Below are positions 37,984-50,328 of a stretch of DNA of 64,000 nt, in pieces. The position numbers were made by a program, and so were the translations under genes. The stretch is from Amoebophrya sp. A120 (lineage: Eukaryota; Protista; Dinoflagellata). The first letter of the stretch is position 1; each line of letters starts with the position of its first letter. The stretch lies in contig CAJINV010000002.1 in the NCBI GenBank assembly GCA_905178155.1, forward strand, positions 5,079,709 to 5,143,708, given 5' to 3'. The notes beneath the pieces are model-generated. The model was not told the origin of the DNA. It worked only from the letters and a program-made list of their open reading frames with translations, and did no database searches.

Positions 37984-38580
37984 CATGTAAAATGTGACGA
38001 TGTTGCTGCGTTTGTGTTTGTGCAAAGTGGTTATCTACTTGATGAAACAGTTTCAGATAGAAGAAATAGCACGATCTACTAGTTTTTCGTACGTACTATG
38101 TAAGGTGACCACGCTGAGGACATTCCCGCGGGACCTTCCACGCAAAATGCGCTGCGCCATGCCACTCATCAAAAGAAGGTGCTTGACAGCGACAACGAGG
38201 GCCGTGGTGAAGACAGTCGTGCTTTGGACGAGCCTGGTAAGTGGATCCATTTTTTTTCCCGCATCGCAGACGAAGCTAAGCTGTTGCTTTTTGTTTGGCA
38301 TTCGTGTACTAGGTGGCGAAGGATAAAAGTGGTTTGCTATAGTTTAATCATGTAAAATGTGGCGATGTTGCTGCCGCTGCGTTTGTGTTTGTGCAAAGTC
38401 GTTATGTATCTGACGAAACAGTTTCTGATAGAGTCAACATGTAAAAGAAATAGCACGATCTACTACTATTTCGTACGTATGTAAGGTGAAGACGCTGAAG
38501 ACATGTCCGAGGGACCTTCCGTGCGAAATCCACATGCCTCTCATCAAAAGAAGCTGTTGGACAGCGATAACAAGGGGCTA
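37984..38580. repeat. Diverged ~365-bp tandem duplication, with a further partial copy at ~36380-36616
   Basis: catgtaaaatgtg.cgatgttgctgc at 37984 and 38349; ttggacgagcctggtaagtggatccatttttt near 36487 and 38224. Confidence 0.8.
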
Positions 38581-41301
38581 TCCAAAGGAAAAGAATACCA
38601 TCGAACTGTACAAGTAGATATGGTTCCATGTTCCTGGCTCTGCAGGACCAGGAGTTGAGCACTTCCGCAGGCCCTTCGCTATGTATTCTTCGACGTGCTG
38701 CCGCGGAACTTTTGGTGATTAGGACGAGTACTAACTGTATTGCGTCCGCACCACTAATGTTGGAGCCTTTGTATCTTTGTTCAGGTAATAAATGTATGAA
38801 AGCAATAAAAGATGACTATGAGTGATTGCGTCTGTTAACAAGGCCAGCTGTGCTCGGGTTGGGTGGTCCTCTATTTGCCTGGGATACGAGACGCTGCCGC
38901 TTGCTGGAGCCGCTTCGCGCAGTGCTGCTCCGCGCATCGCTCCTGCGCCGACGCCCTCGGCTTCTTCCGGACTCTATCTCAGCGGAGCTTGTCACTCATC
39001 TATATTTGAATTGTCGTCTTATTTCCACTATCACGAACTTGCTGATGCGGAAAAGCAGAAAGGACTACAAACATGCAGGGATGTTGCTAAGTCACTGTTG
39101 AATTGAAAACGCAGTAGTTTATATGCGAGAGTTAAGTACAAGCTCAGTGACAAAAAAAGAAGAAGGCAGCCTTGGTGCTGCTTGTCGTGGGGTGCTATGC
39201 AGTTACTTGAGTTATGTATTACAAGGAAAAGTGCCCCACTCCCGGAAGTTGGAAACTTTTCTGATGCAAAGTGTCCAAATGGAACCCTTGTGTCTTGCAT
39301 GAAAGGACTTGACTCATATTAATCGCCCGGCTATTGTCGGGCTCTTTCGCAACACACATTTTTGCTATTCAGCGTTGAAGATCTGTCATGCTGCTACATG
39401 CAAGATGCGGAGCGTTTCCATGTGGGGGGGGGGGGCTTCGCAATGCAAATGCTTCCAAGTTCTGGGGTAGGGGCACTCTTCGATACTGATGCGAACGGTG
39501 ACACTGTTTCGCTTTGACGAGGAATCCAGGGATCTAGTGTCTGGCGGCTTGCAGGTTGCGGGGAATGTGGCAACTGCCGACCCAGATGGGAAACTTCTGC
39601 AAGGAGCGGTTCATGCGCTTGGTGTTGGTGGTTACATTCTTGGGTGTATGATTTGTCAGTGTTGTAGTAACTAGACCAACAAGAAGAGCAAACACATGAC
39701 AGGGCTTCGTTCTCGCCAAGCGAAGAGGGGGGTACATTACACAGATAAAATTTAGGGAGGGATTTCTTTCATTCCGGACTACAGCCTCCAAAAGCAAGAA
39801 TCATAAAGTGCGATTTAATGGAGATTTGAATTTTTGTCAGAGGGGCACACGCACCAGAAGCAGCGTTTTCCAAAAGTGCACGCACAATTATCTGATTTTC
39901 TTTACAAAAGGTGCAGCAACTGCTGCCTCACATAGAAACCGAAGTAGCGGTAGTGTCACACGAACCGAGACTGACAGAAGGAAGGAGTCGGACAATAAGC
40001 ATTTTTCTTCTGAAGGATCGAACGCTGCTGCGTAAGGAAAACAAAGTAACAATCGAGGCTGCTTGGCCGATGTTGTACGTACCGTGTCACTCAGGTGGGC
40101 CGACAGTTGCAAGCAGCGAACCTCTCCCGCAAGCTCGCGCGCATTTATGTCCCTCCACCATCGCGATGGCAGTACTTCGATCTTTCTTGTCTCGCAATTG
40201 ATGAGAGCGAGCAAGAACAGATCAAGGAGTACTACACAATTACGTCCTGCCAGTGATTCGTTTTCGGTTTCGCCCTGCTGTGCGTGTCTTTACAATTTTT
40301 GAACACATATCTATGAAAATGATGACCGATGGCGGGCCTCTCGTTCAAGTCTCCAAAACGTGCAACCGTGCCCGAGGTGGCTTTCTTTCTGGGACTCTGA
40401 TAACCTCCCACAACGTCGGTCCTGGTGGTGTCGCCGCACTAAAGAACTCTCGGTCTTCTTTTAGGAATTTTACATACAACTGCTGTTGTTCTTTATATAC
40501 CTTGTCGGTGGACGAGGACATTCCTTATCGGTAAAGGTCGTTCTTTCCCCGAAAGAAAAGGAAGATGTCCAAAAAACCTCGTCATTCGGTTTTCATTCGT
40601 CGGAAAGGTAAGAGTATACTCTCATGCTTTCGGTGATTCTGGCGGTTGAAGAGGCTTGATGTTGCTTCATCAATCTCGGTGCTCCTCGTGCAAAATTCGC
40701 TCGGATTCTGTTTCGTCCAACCAAGAAGATTTCCTCACGAAAATGATGTACCAAAACTATATTCATTAGGTTTAGTCGTCCATCTGATCGTACATGACTC
40801 CGCGGCGCATTTGGGAAGACTGTCGTAGACTTCTCGGCGCACCACGGTCGAATAATGCTTCCGTCCCTAGTTCTCGCAAGAGAGTAGTATTTGACTGTAA
40901 TTTCTTTTTTTGTTGCGCCCGTTTGATTTTCCTCCGTTGACCCCTAATATTGAAACAGGAGCACACATGATCAATTTCTGTTTGTTCCCCTCTGCTTGAA
41001 ACGGACTTTCTTGTTCTTTTTACCACAAAAACGCACGTTATTTCCTTCCTCAATCGCTTTACTAAGTGTTTGTAGGGGCGAAGACATAAACAAAAACTAG
41101 CGAAAATTGAAGAAGACTTTGAACACGACACAACGAAGAAAACTCGATCAAAATTATAAACTCAAAAACTACACAAACATAAGAACCCAGAAGGAGTGTT
41201 ATTTTTACGTCACAGCATACAACTCTACCACTTTCTCTTTCATCATCAATCCAACGTTTGCTACACCGTAGAAGCTGTACGAGGAGCTTGTCGTCTAAGG
41301 A

Positions 41302-44300
41302 ATGTCGCAATCTCTGTTGCAGCAAGAGCAAGGCATCAAGACCGCCGAGGGGGGTGGTGTACCTCAGAAGACGGAACACCACCACCACCGCCGCAGTCAC
41401 GACGGAGCGCACGTTCCGAACCACTTCAAACACCACGGCAAGCACAAGCACCACCACCACAAGCACAAGCACCACGGGCAGCAGGACGATTCCGCCTTTC
41501 TGCAGCGCGACAACAAGGCGACACCTGCGGCGGCGCCGGACCAGGCGGGCGGCGCCGCAACCGCGCCCATGAGCGGGTCGGTGCCAGGACCTGCGGACGC
41601 GGGGGCCGCTGGAGGAGCGGCGGCTGCGAACAACCCCGGTGCTGGTGCGGCTTACGGGCAGCAGCCGCCGCCGGAACTACAGCAGCCCGCTGCGAATGCT
41701 GCTGATGCGCCGCTGCCTCCCGCGGGGCCGGGCTCCTTTTACAACCCCCCGCCCGCCATGCAAGACGGCGCGCCGCTGCAGCAGCCCCCTCCGGGCCCGG
41801 GTACGCCGATGCCGGGCGAGCAGTTCCCGGCGAACAATTGGGGGCAGCAGTATAACCAACCCGGGGGGCAACCGCTGCCCTACAACCCGCAGTACAATCC
41901 GCAGTACAATCCGCAGCTGAATTACCAGGACTACGCGCTGCAGCAGCAGCTTCTCCAGCAGCAGCTCCTTCAGCAGCAGTACCAGCAGCAGAACAACTTT
42001 CAGCAGCAGAACAACAACAATAACTACCCGCCGCAGATGCCCCCGCCGGAGTTTGCCGCTGCAGCGGCCCAGCAGAATGCGGGCAACAACTACCCGCCGC
42101 AGCAGCTCCCGCCGAATTACCTGCCGCCGGAGTACGCGAACGCAGCTGCGCAGAATGCTGGCAACACCTACCCGCCACAGCAGCTGCTGCCCTCGATATC
42201 CTGAGTAAAAACGTACCCACACCAGAGTCAGAATGGGGATTTTGCAACACAAACCTAGGAGTTTTGTGAGTCACGCATGACAAGTTGCACTCTGCAGTGT
42301 AGTGCAGGTTAGCAAGTGCAGCCGCGTCACAGATTCATCTGCTCATCCTGTTCACAGCATCACAAATTCCAAAACACGATTGGAAATGGCTCTCATGTTG
42401 ATGCGCATTACAAGTCTTCCTGTCTTTGCAAATCTGCATTACAACTGCTCGGCTGTCCCCCACTTCTTAGATTGTCGTCAAAGATTAGAGTAGTGCTATT
42501 CCATTACCGCCTTCGCGATATTTTTTTAGCGGACCCCGCACATTATCCCTGATGCGTTTCCCGCTTAGTATTGAATGTCTTTGACTCAAACACATAAACG
42601 CGCCTTGCTACGGCACACCTCATCTGCCTAGTCGCCCCTAGGTAGGTGCAGGAATTTTCTGTGTGGGCTTTTTGTGCTGAATTATTCCAACAGGGGCTGC
42701 GTTTTTTTTTTCTGCCTTGCCAGCAGAGTTGTACAGATGGGGGGGAATTGACGGAAATGGAGCGAGACCTTGGTGACGGACCAGACGACAAGAGCGGAAA
42801 TGGTACAAATCAAAAAAAAAAGATGGTGTACACGCGCACTGCTTAACTGTGTGAAAGGTGTCGGCCCTGATTGACCTGCTGCGGCAGGCAGGTGAATTCG
42901 TAGAACTGCGTCACATGTTAAGTAACGCCCACTGGCCTCCTAGAAGAATAGTGATGAATTTATATGCGTTTTTTCAGCGTGGGGCCCAATGAAAAAAAAA
43001 AAAAATCTGCATTACAACTCTGGTGTGGGTACGTTTTTACTCAGGATACTCGAGCACGAATTTTCAGCCGCCGCCTCCGAACTTCGAACAGCAGCCGCCG
43101 CTTGCAGCTCCTGCTCTATCACATGTAAAAATGTCTGGGTCTGGAAGATTGGAACTTGTGATGCTGCGTCTGCATTATCCAAAAATCTGTATTGCATGAA
43201 CAGCAAAAGAGGCCTGGCTTTGGCCACGGCGAGAGGGCATTTCTCATGCGGTATAGGCATCAGAATGCCCTCACAATATCTGTGATGCTAGGGCATGCAT
43301 CGCAGACGTCAGGAGTCACGCAAAATGTGCATGACAAACCTTGCATCCTTCCAGACCCAGACATTTTTACATTTGATATGCTCCGGTCGGGAACAACAAT
43401 GTGGCTGGCGGGCTCCAAGAGCAGCAGCCGCAGCAGCCGGGCTTTGCTCCCGCGGCCGCGGCTCCCGGGACGGAACAACCCGCACAACCGCAGGAGCAGC
43501 AACAGCAGCCCACGGCTGGTTCATCTACTTTTGCGAACAACGACCGGCAGCCGCCCGCGGCGAACAATGTTGAGCAGCCTCCGGCCGGCGCAGCGCCAGT
43601 GGCGACGCCCAATCACGGCGCACCGCTCGTGCCGGAAGACCCGACCACGACACCGCCCCCGCGGGAGCAACATCCGGATGAACACAAGCGCAGCACCGAC
43701 CGTCCCTACAAGTCGGCGGCGCCGCGGCCGGGGAACATTTTCATGACGGGGAACGACAAGGACCAGCTGCACAAACCCGTGGACTTGAAGAAGCACGACC
43801 ACCTGTTTCTGAAGCCCGAGAATTTCGCCAACGCCGACGCGTTTTTCAGCACCGGGGACCCGGACCAGCTGGCCGTGACCGCGTCGCACAGTGACGTATC
43901 AAATGTAAAAATGTCTGGGTCTGGAAACTTGTGATGCTAAAATGTGCATGATGAAAACACTTCCGAATGCAGTCCGGCATGACAACTTCCAAAAACGCTT
44001 TCTCATAGGCAATCCGCATGAGAAACTGCGTTTTTGCATGACAAAAGAGGCTGCGACTTTTGTTGGTTTTGCAATACAGATTTTCTAGGTATGGAAAGCC
44101 AGCATTACAAGTTCCAACCCTCCAGACCCAGACATTTTTACAATCCATATGACGCGTTTCTCTACTACGTCCTGCCCCTGGTGCTCTTCATCAGCTTGGT
44201 CTGCATCGCGAACATGGCCATGGAAATGTTCACCGTGAATGACGCGCTCGCGCTGTACAACCGAAAAAACCAGAAGGACTCGAAGCAAACGCGAAAACCC

Positions 44301-44408
44301 AGCGGCGTTTTCAAAAACTTCTTCAGAAACGGGAACAACGGAAGGGGGAACTCCCGCGACAAGAAGAAGCACGACCGCACTTCGGGCATGGAAGAAACGC
44401 TGGTGTGA
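41302..44408 (+). CDS. His-, Pro- and Gln-rich protein with a C-terminal transmembrane helix, 4 exons
   Basis: Three introners removed give one continuous frame ending HSDAFLYYVLPLVLFISLVCIANMAMEMF...GMEETLV*; true start may be upstream. Confidence 0.8.
42197..43048. mobile_element. Introner, family C, enlarged by a nested retroposon
   Basis: Perfect 32-bp TIR tatcctgagtaaaaacgtacccacaccagagt; perfect DR ctcga; 279 bp without the insert. Confidence 0.93.
42447..43019 (+). mobile_element. Poly(A)-tailed non-autonomous retroposon, copy 2
   Basis: 17-bp TSD aaatctgcattacaact (42430-42446, 43003-43019); A14 run at 42992-43005; 3' module homologous to 6146-6304. Confidence 0.85.
43117..43378. 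mobile_element. Introner, family A (262 bp)
   Basis: Family A TIRs; perfect DR tgctc; frame restored (PAPVGNNN). Confidence 0.93.
43897..44149. mobile_element. Introner, family A
   Basis: Family A TIRs; perfect DR tgacg; frame restored (HSDAFLYY). Confidence 0.93.
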
Positions 44409-46506
44409 TTTCAGCAGGAAAATTATCGCGGGTTTTACTTGCACCAGTCGTGAGACATTAGAAACCCAAGGGGCGGGCACTGCTCATTCTTAAGCAAATT
44501 GATACTAAATGAAAATGATGAAAAAGCGTTGTGATTCTGATTTTAAACTCTTTCTCTCCCGTATAGTATGTAGTCGGCAAAGTGATATTTATTCTTACAG
44601 TGGGCGTCCGTGAACGAGAGCAGCTTTGAGTCTCTTTTCGAGCCGTGAAGCCACTGAAGGCGCTTTTTGTCGAGTGTTGTTAGTTTTGAATTTAGGTCGA
44701 TTGTAAAAAAATTTTTTCATTTCTTTGGACTAATTTATTTTACCAATGCCAGTTGTGTTCAAAACTCTTTTTTTTTGCATAGTACCTCTAAGAACTTCCT
44801 ATGTTGTGCTCAATAATTACCGATTTGCGTTTTTTCTCGCATTATTTCTCCTACCATTATTGACGGCCTGGTTGAGCCCTTTTTCTCTACTTTTCGTTCT
44901 GCCTTACTTAACATTTCGATTATGATTTGTATCCTATTTTACTAGTACCCCAACACTTTTTCTTTTTCCTTTCTGTTCTACATGCACCTCTCAGCTGTCC
45001 CCTTCTTCATCTATCTCGTCTCTATTCCTTTATACCGAAACGGAAACATGACCAATATGACAGTGATGTGAAGATCAAGATCATGTTGTTATAGAACGTC
45101 TATGCCGCGGTTTTTGACGCTGTCGTTACTTCGTAAAATTCGGAGGAGACAGGGCAACATACTTGCCCTTTTCCGGATTTCAACATTTATGGCAGTAAAA
45201 AACCGTGGCTCTTGACGCAGACGACAAATGCTACATCACTGGAATTCAACTCTTTGATAGCGTATGCGACAGAAAAATGCAGGCGCTGGTAGTTTTTTTT
45301 TTGCGAGCAGAAGAAATATCAGCTCGCAAAGCAGCTACAAGACCAACTACAGTGACTGCATTATTCTAGACGAAATACGCCAAAAAGAAAAACTGTGTCG
45401 AAAAAGAATACCTTTCATCTTTTAGGAAAGCCTTTTTTACTGATGGTGAAGGAGCGGAAACCCGCCGAAAGTAGGCTAGGTCATGCGCTTTAATGTCGTA
45501 ATTTTGTCCAGTTGTCGTGTGAGCAAGTACTAGTGGCTTTATTGCTCCAAGAGCCTTCGGCTTTTGTAGCAGCAGAAGAAGAAGTCCTCGCCTGTGCTTG
45601 TTTTCGACTGGTATGGAATTTGCCACCAAAAAAGATGAAACTTCTTTTCGATAATCTTTTTTACTGCATACTTTGAAAAATCGAAATTTTGCTTTACGTT
45701 GCATTTCTTCTTTTTTACTACGTACCACTTCATAATGATTTCTCCAGCTGTACTTACTTCTTTCGAGCTCTCTTCGTCCCAATACTACTCAACATTAATT
45801 CTCTTGCTTGAACTACTACGAACCTTTTATCTGCACAAATTAGCGAAAGAAAAAAACAACAATGTGCTCGATACGTACCTGCTTCTGCTCTCCCTGCCCT
45901 CCTGGGGAAGAAGGTGCAGGTACACTTCGCGCCACGGCGCGCAGGCCGCCGTGGCCTTTTTCCTTGGTCAACAGTTCCATGGCCTCGGTGTTTATGTTCA
46001 TCTTGTTCCAGCGGCCTTTAGTAAATTTTCCAATGGGTAGTTCTTTCGGCATTTCTGTATCATCTGTTAGAGGCAGGAAAAAGTCGTGTAGAGCCAAGGT
46101 CGTTGTGACGTTTATTTGCTTTCGCCTATATAATTTGACGAAGGTCATCAAGATGAAGGACATTTTGGTCCTGGCGCTTTGCTTTTCCGGCATGGTTGTT
46201 TCTTTGTCGTGGTTGTGGAGCGGGTAGTACACAGTTATAACTGCGCGAAGCGATCATCCTTGGCTTTCTTCTAGCACCCGTTCGACATCCGATCTACTTG
46301 TTCAACGCCTACCGATAAATATGTAAAAATTCTTTTTCAACGTACATCCTTCCCGCCTTGGAGACGAAGCACATCATTTGCTTTGGCGACCACAGCCGAA
46401 ACAGGAGTTGTGCAAGAAGAGAATGACTTCACACCTTGATTAGTCTTTCTCCTACTTCCAGTACGAGAACAACCTTATTACACGTTGAAGGAACACCGAC
46501 CGAAGC

Positions 46507-49500
46507 ATGCAGTATCTCCGCTCTGCACTGGGCCAGGTGCTCAGCAGCGGCGGCTCGGTAGGGTCCTCTGGAGGTGGTGGGGATTATGGTGCGGATATTT
46601 CCCACCAGCCCACCAGCAGCTCCTCGTCTTCTTCCGCGAAACCCAAAAACACCACCACGCCGGCAAAGCTGGCGAAGTACATAAAACTCCTGCAACCGCT
46701 GGGGCTTTTCGAAGAGCACAAGGAGCGCTACGCAGACTTGATTCGCAAGGGCTCGGTGGAGGAGGAGATGTTCAATATCACGGGAAACGACATGATGAAC
46801 ATGAATCTGATATGGCAAGGAAAAATCTCCCCTCCCCATATTCAGAACGCAGCCTTCTGAGAATTTGTGATGCAGATTTGTGGCCACAAATCCTGTCTGT
46901 CTTGCAAGAATGCAAAGCCAGAGAGTCCGCCGCGTTATAGAGGCGATTTGTAATGCCGTAGGGCCTCCGGGGCAGATGTCTGCCATGCTAACTTCCTACA
47001 CCAGATGAAGACCCCTGCCCAGGCTTAGCATCTGCGTGCAGTGCTCTACTGCAAGACAGATCCGACTTGTGTACACAAATCCCGCGTCACAGATTTCCGT
47101 TTTGATATGGGGACGGGGGATGTTTCATTTTGATATTTCATCCTCTCACGCATCGTTGACCTCCGAGAGCTGTCCAAGCTGCTCTGGTCGGGGGCACCGG
47201 GAGAGTATCCACACCTGCGGGCAATAACCTGGCGGCTCCTGCTCGGGATAGCCCCCAACGCGAAAGACAGGTAAGCACGTCGAACGAGAATCATTTCTAA
47301 AAGGCTCTGACGAAGAAGAAAGGTAAAAACAGATACAGAAGAAAAGTGATACGATATTGTTTTCAACATATGTCATGACTTACACAAAAATCGCAATTAT
47401 AGGCACCTCTCTACACTTGCGCGGAAGCGTCGCGAATACCACGAGCTGTGTCGGTATGAAGCGGAAAAAATAAATCTCAAGTCGTGCTACTGGGGTAAGT
47501 AAGTACAACTGGATGTTGTGAAACAATGCGAACAATTGAGACGACACTAGTCTTTTTGCAGCAATGTCCGCAGAAAGCCACGCTTTCGAGCGGGGTCCTG
47601 GTGTACGTGCTGTGAAATATGATTTGGCTGAACTACCTCTGCTGCACAACTTTTCTTGTCTCTCTTCCATACCAGACAGCACTGGCGGCCGAATATGTCG
47701 ACTACGGCAGGCGATGAGCAGCAGCTGATCCGACAGATTCGGGTCGACCTACCGCGGACGTCAGCAGGCGCGCTCCAGCCTTTGTTCCAGGAGGAAAAGA
47801 TCCACGCCATGATGGAGCGGATCCTCTTCGTTTGGGCCTTGCGGCACCCGGGCTGCGGCTACGTGCAGGGCATCAACGACCTGCTCACGCCCTTTCTGGT
47901 CGTTTTTCTGGCCGAGAAGGAAGAGGTATCACAGTGCACAACTCGTCGTGGTCCTCTTCACTTAAAGTTGTACATGAGCAGAAAGAAAAGCTGCGCCGGG
48001 AGAAGCGTGGCTTCCGCATGACGAATATTCAGCACACGGATTTTTGTGCGTGGTACTGTTTCAAGAAAATTTATTGCCATGCAGAAGCAAGTGCATAGAA
48101 GAGGCAGACGTGGTATTTTGCATCCCAAATGTTGAGGGGGAGGGGGAGTTGTGCACGCTCATAAGAGGCCGCGCTAAGCAGCAGCGGGAGCAGGGCCGCG
48201 AGTAACAGCGCTGCTCACCTCCAGGGTCCCTCGGAGGGAGACCTCCAGGCGGGACTGTCCAGAAGCAGGAGACAGACGAAGTCGGTCGATTACGAGCAGC
48301 TGCGCATCGATTCCTTTACGGACGAAGAGCTCGCGGATGTAGAGGCCGACAGCTTTTTGTGTCTACTAGGCAAAGGAAGAAATTTGTCGTAAAGTAAAAG
48401 TACCAGAGAGAGGAGTCAGTCAGCGAAAATAGAGCTTAAACGATTGCTCTGCTGTCGTGGCAACAAGCATCCATGAACTAGCAGCTTTTGGAACAACTTT
48501 GATTCATCTCATCTGGTGTCTACTATCACCGAAGATCAGGAATGAAACTACAACCACTCCGTAGTTGGAGAAAACAACAGCGAATGAAGTTCTTTCTGTC
48601 TTTCATACTCCACGAAAATGCTGGACTCCATGCAAGACCACTACACGCCGAACCAGCCGGGAATACAGCGCATGATGGCCGCACTGAAGACGCTTCTGAA
48701 GCGGACCAACATGCAGCTGGCGTCACACTTGGAGGAGTTGCAGGTTGAGATGCTGTATGGATGACAAAAATATCCGGGTCTGGAAGGGCGCTAAACTTTT
48801 GGTGCTGAACTGGCATATTAAGTACCCCTGAAGGTGGCTGTATTGCGTGATCGTGCGGAAAAATCGCGCTGGTGCTTTGTCATGCAAACGCGCACCTTCG
48901 TTCTCATGCACGTTAGCGTTACGGCGCACTACAGGTACAGAGTCGCTCAGAAATTTCTCGTCCGTGACTGCGTACCGTTGTCATGTTGTCATTCATGTAC
49001 TAGCGTGAGCTCTCGTTTCCAGACCCAGATGTATTTGCATTTGAGATGCTCCAGGTGTCGTTCCGCTGGTTCAACTGTCTGCTCGCACGGGAGATACCGA
49101 TCGAGTGCGTAATCAGGCTCTGGGACACGTACTTGTTTTTTGATTTGGTTTGAGGAACATCCAGGAAAAAAGATGTTGGCGTCACTTTTACTTTCGCTGC
49201 CGTGGAAGTGAAACAGTTATTTTAACATGAAACCACAGCTACATCGCGGAACTGCACGACCGGCCGTCAGATTTCGATCAGTTTCTGACGTTCTTCGTCA
49301 TGAGTTTTCTGAATCATTTACGGACACGGAAAAAGCATGAAAATAAGCGTCCCGTCAGTTTCTTATGCACTGCACTTACTCGATAGCCTTGAGTAGAGAA
49401 GGGAAAGCAGTGTTATGTCATGAATTTGGCGAATCGCTTCGCAGACATCAAAAACGCTTTTGATAAAAAAACTCGGGCCAGTGCTTTATCTGCAGTTTTC

Positions 49501-49708
49501 TGTGTCATTATTGTGGGAGAAAGAGCTCATACACGACTGCGCGGAGTTTCAGCAGGTCATCATGTTTTTGCAAAAGCTGCCGACCGATAATTGGCAGGTC
49601 TGGAACCTGGAGCTGCTGCTTACCAACTGTCACATCCTAAGTGCCAAGTTCGCAGGCGCGCATGAGAAGGCGGAACTGATGAAGTCTTTGAGGATCAATC
49701 AAACGTGA
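46507..49708 (+). CDS. TBC-domain Rab GTPase-activating protein, TBC1D22/Gyp1 family
   Basis: LRAITWRLLLG, TLARKRREY, QIRVDLPRT (Arg finger), ERILFVWALRHPGCGYVQGINDL (Gln finger), DVEADSF, FRWFNCLLARE, IRLWDTY, FLQKLPTDNW. Confidence 0.93.
46811..47135. mobile_element. Introner, family B
   Basis: Family B TIRs; decayed DR tctga/tttca; splice gives MNLILSRIVDLREL. Confidence 0.88.
47927..48163. mobile_element. Introner, family E; also readable as GT-AG intron 47926-48167
   Basis: TIR tatcacagtgcacaac / gttgtgcacgctcata; perfect DR agagg. Confidence 0.85.
48756..49046. mobile_element. Introner, diverged family A
   Basis: gggtctggaa / ttccagaccc core; DR tgctg/tgctc; splice gives QVEMLQVSFRWFN. 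Confidence 0.85.
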
Positions 49709-50328
49709 ATTTTACGCGACTTGATTACATGTCGACTCAGAAATAAGCTGGACTCCATCACCTGAAAGTTTCGATGTCCTTAAAGCGGCTGGCGGAGGTT
49801 GTGTTTTTCAATCGCGGTGTTCGTGGTCCTCACAAAGCTATTCTACGTACCTAAAAGTCGTTTGATTTCAACACAGCTTGGACAATTACGGGCATGCACA
49901 GTAGTACTTACTTACTTAAAAGCTGTACGGAATTCAGTATCGAAGTTTCGCATCGTTTCGCTGTCGTCATGCTCGGAGTTGTCGCTCGTTTTCGTGAAGT
50001 AGAGTGATGGTAGAATATCGAGGGATTGTTGACAACGACCCTTCTCGTCGTGCCACCTTCGTACTAGTAACTTACTTGTCGCAGTAGGCGATAATGCATA
50101 TAATCGCTTTCGGTTTCGCTTCGTCGAGTACGAGTGGTTGTGACGTCTTCGTTCGCATAGACCGAAAAGTTGTGCGTTTCCCTTGCAGCTGCTGCTCTCC
50201 GTCTTTGATCATGTTGTATGAGTATGACACACAGAATGAATACCCTACAGTAAACAATGAACTCAGCTTCTCAATACTACTTTCTACAACAGTACACCGT
50301 GCAAAATAAATCTCTGAACTAGTAGAAG

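Noticed and set aside
42865-42900. ctgattga plus hairpin as a hammerhead ribozyme core
   Set aside because: No GAAA directly after the stem, and copy 1 reads ctgtttga; the catalytic core is not conserved.
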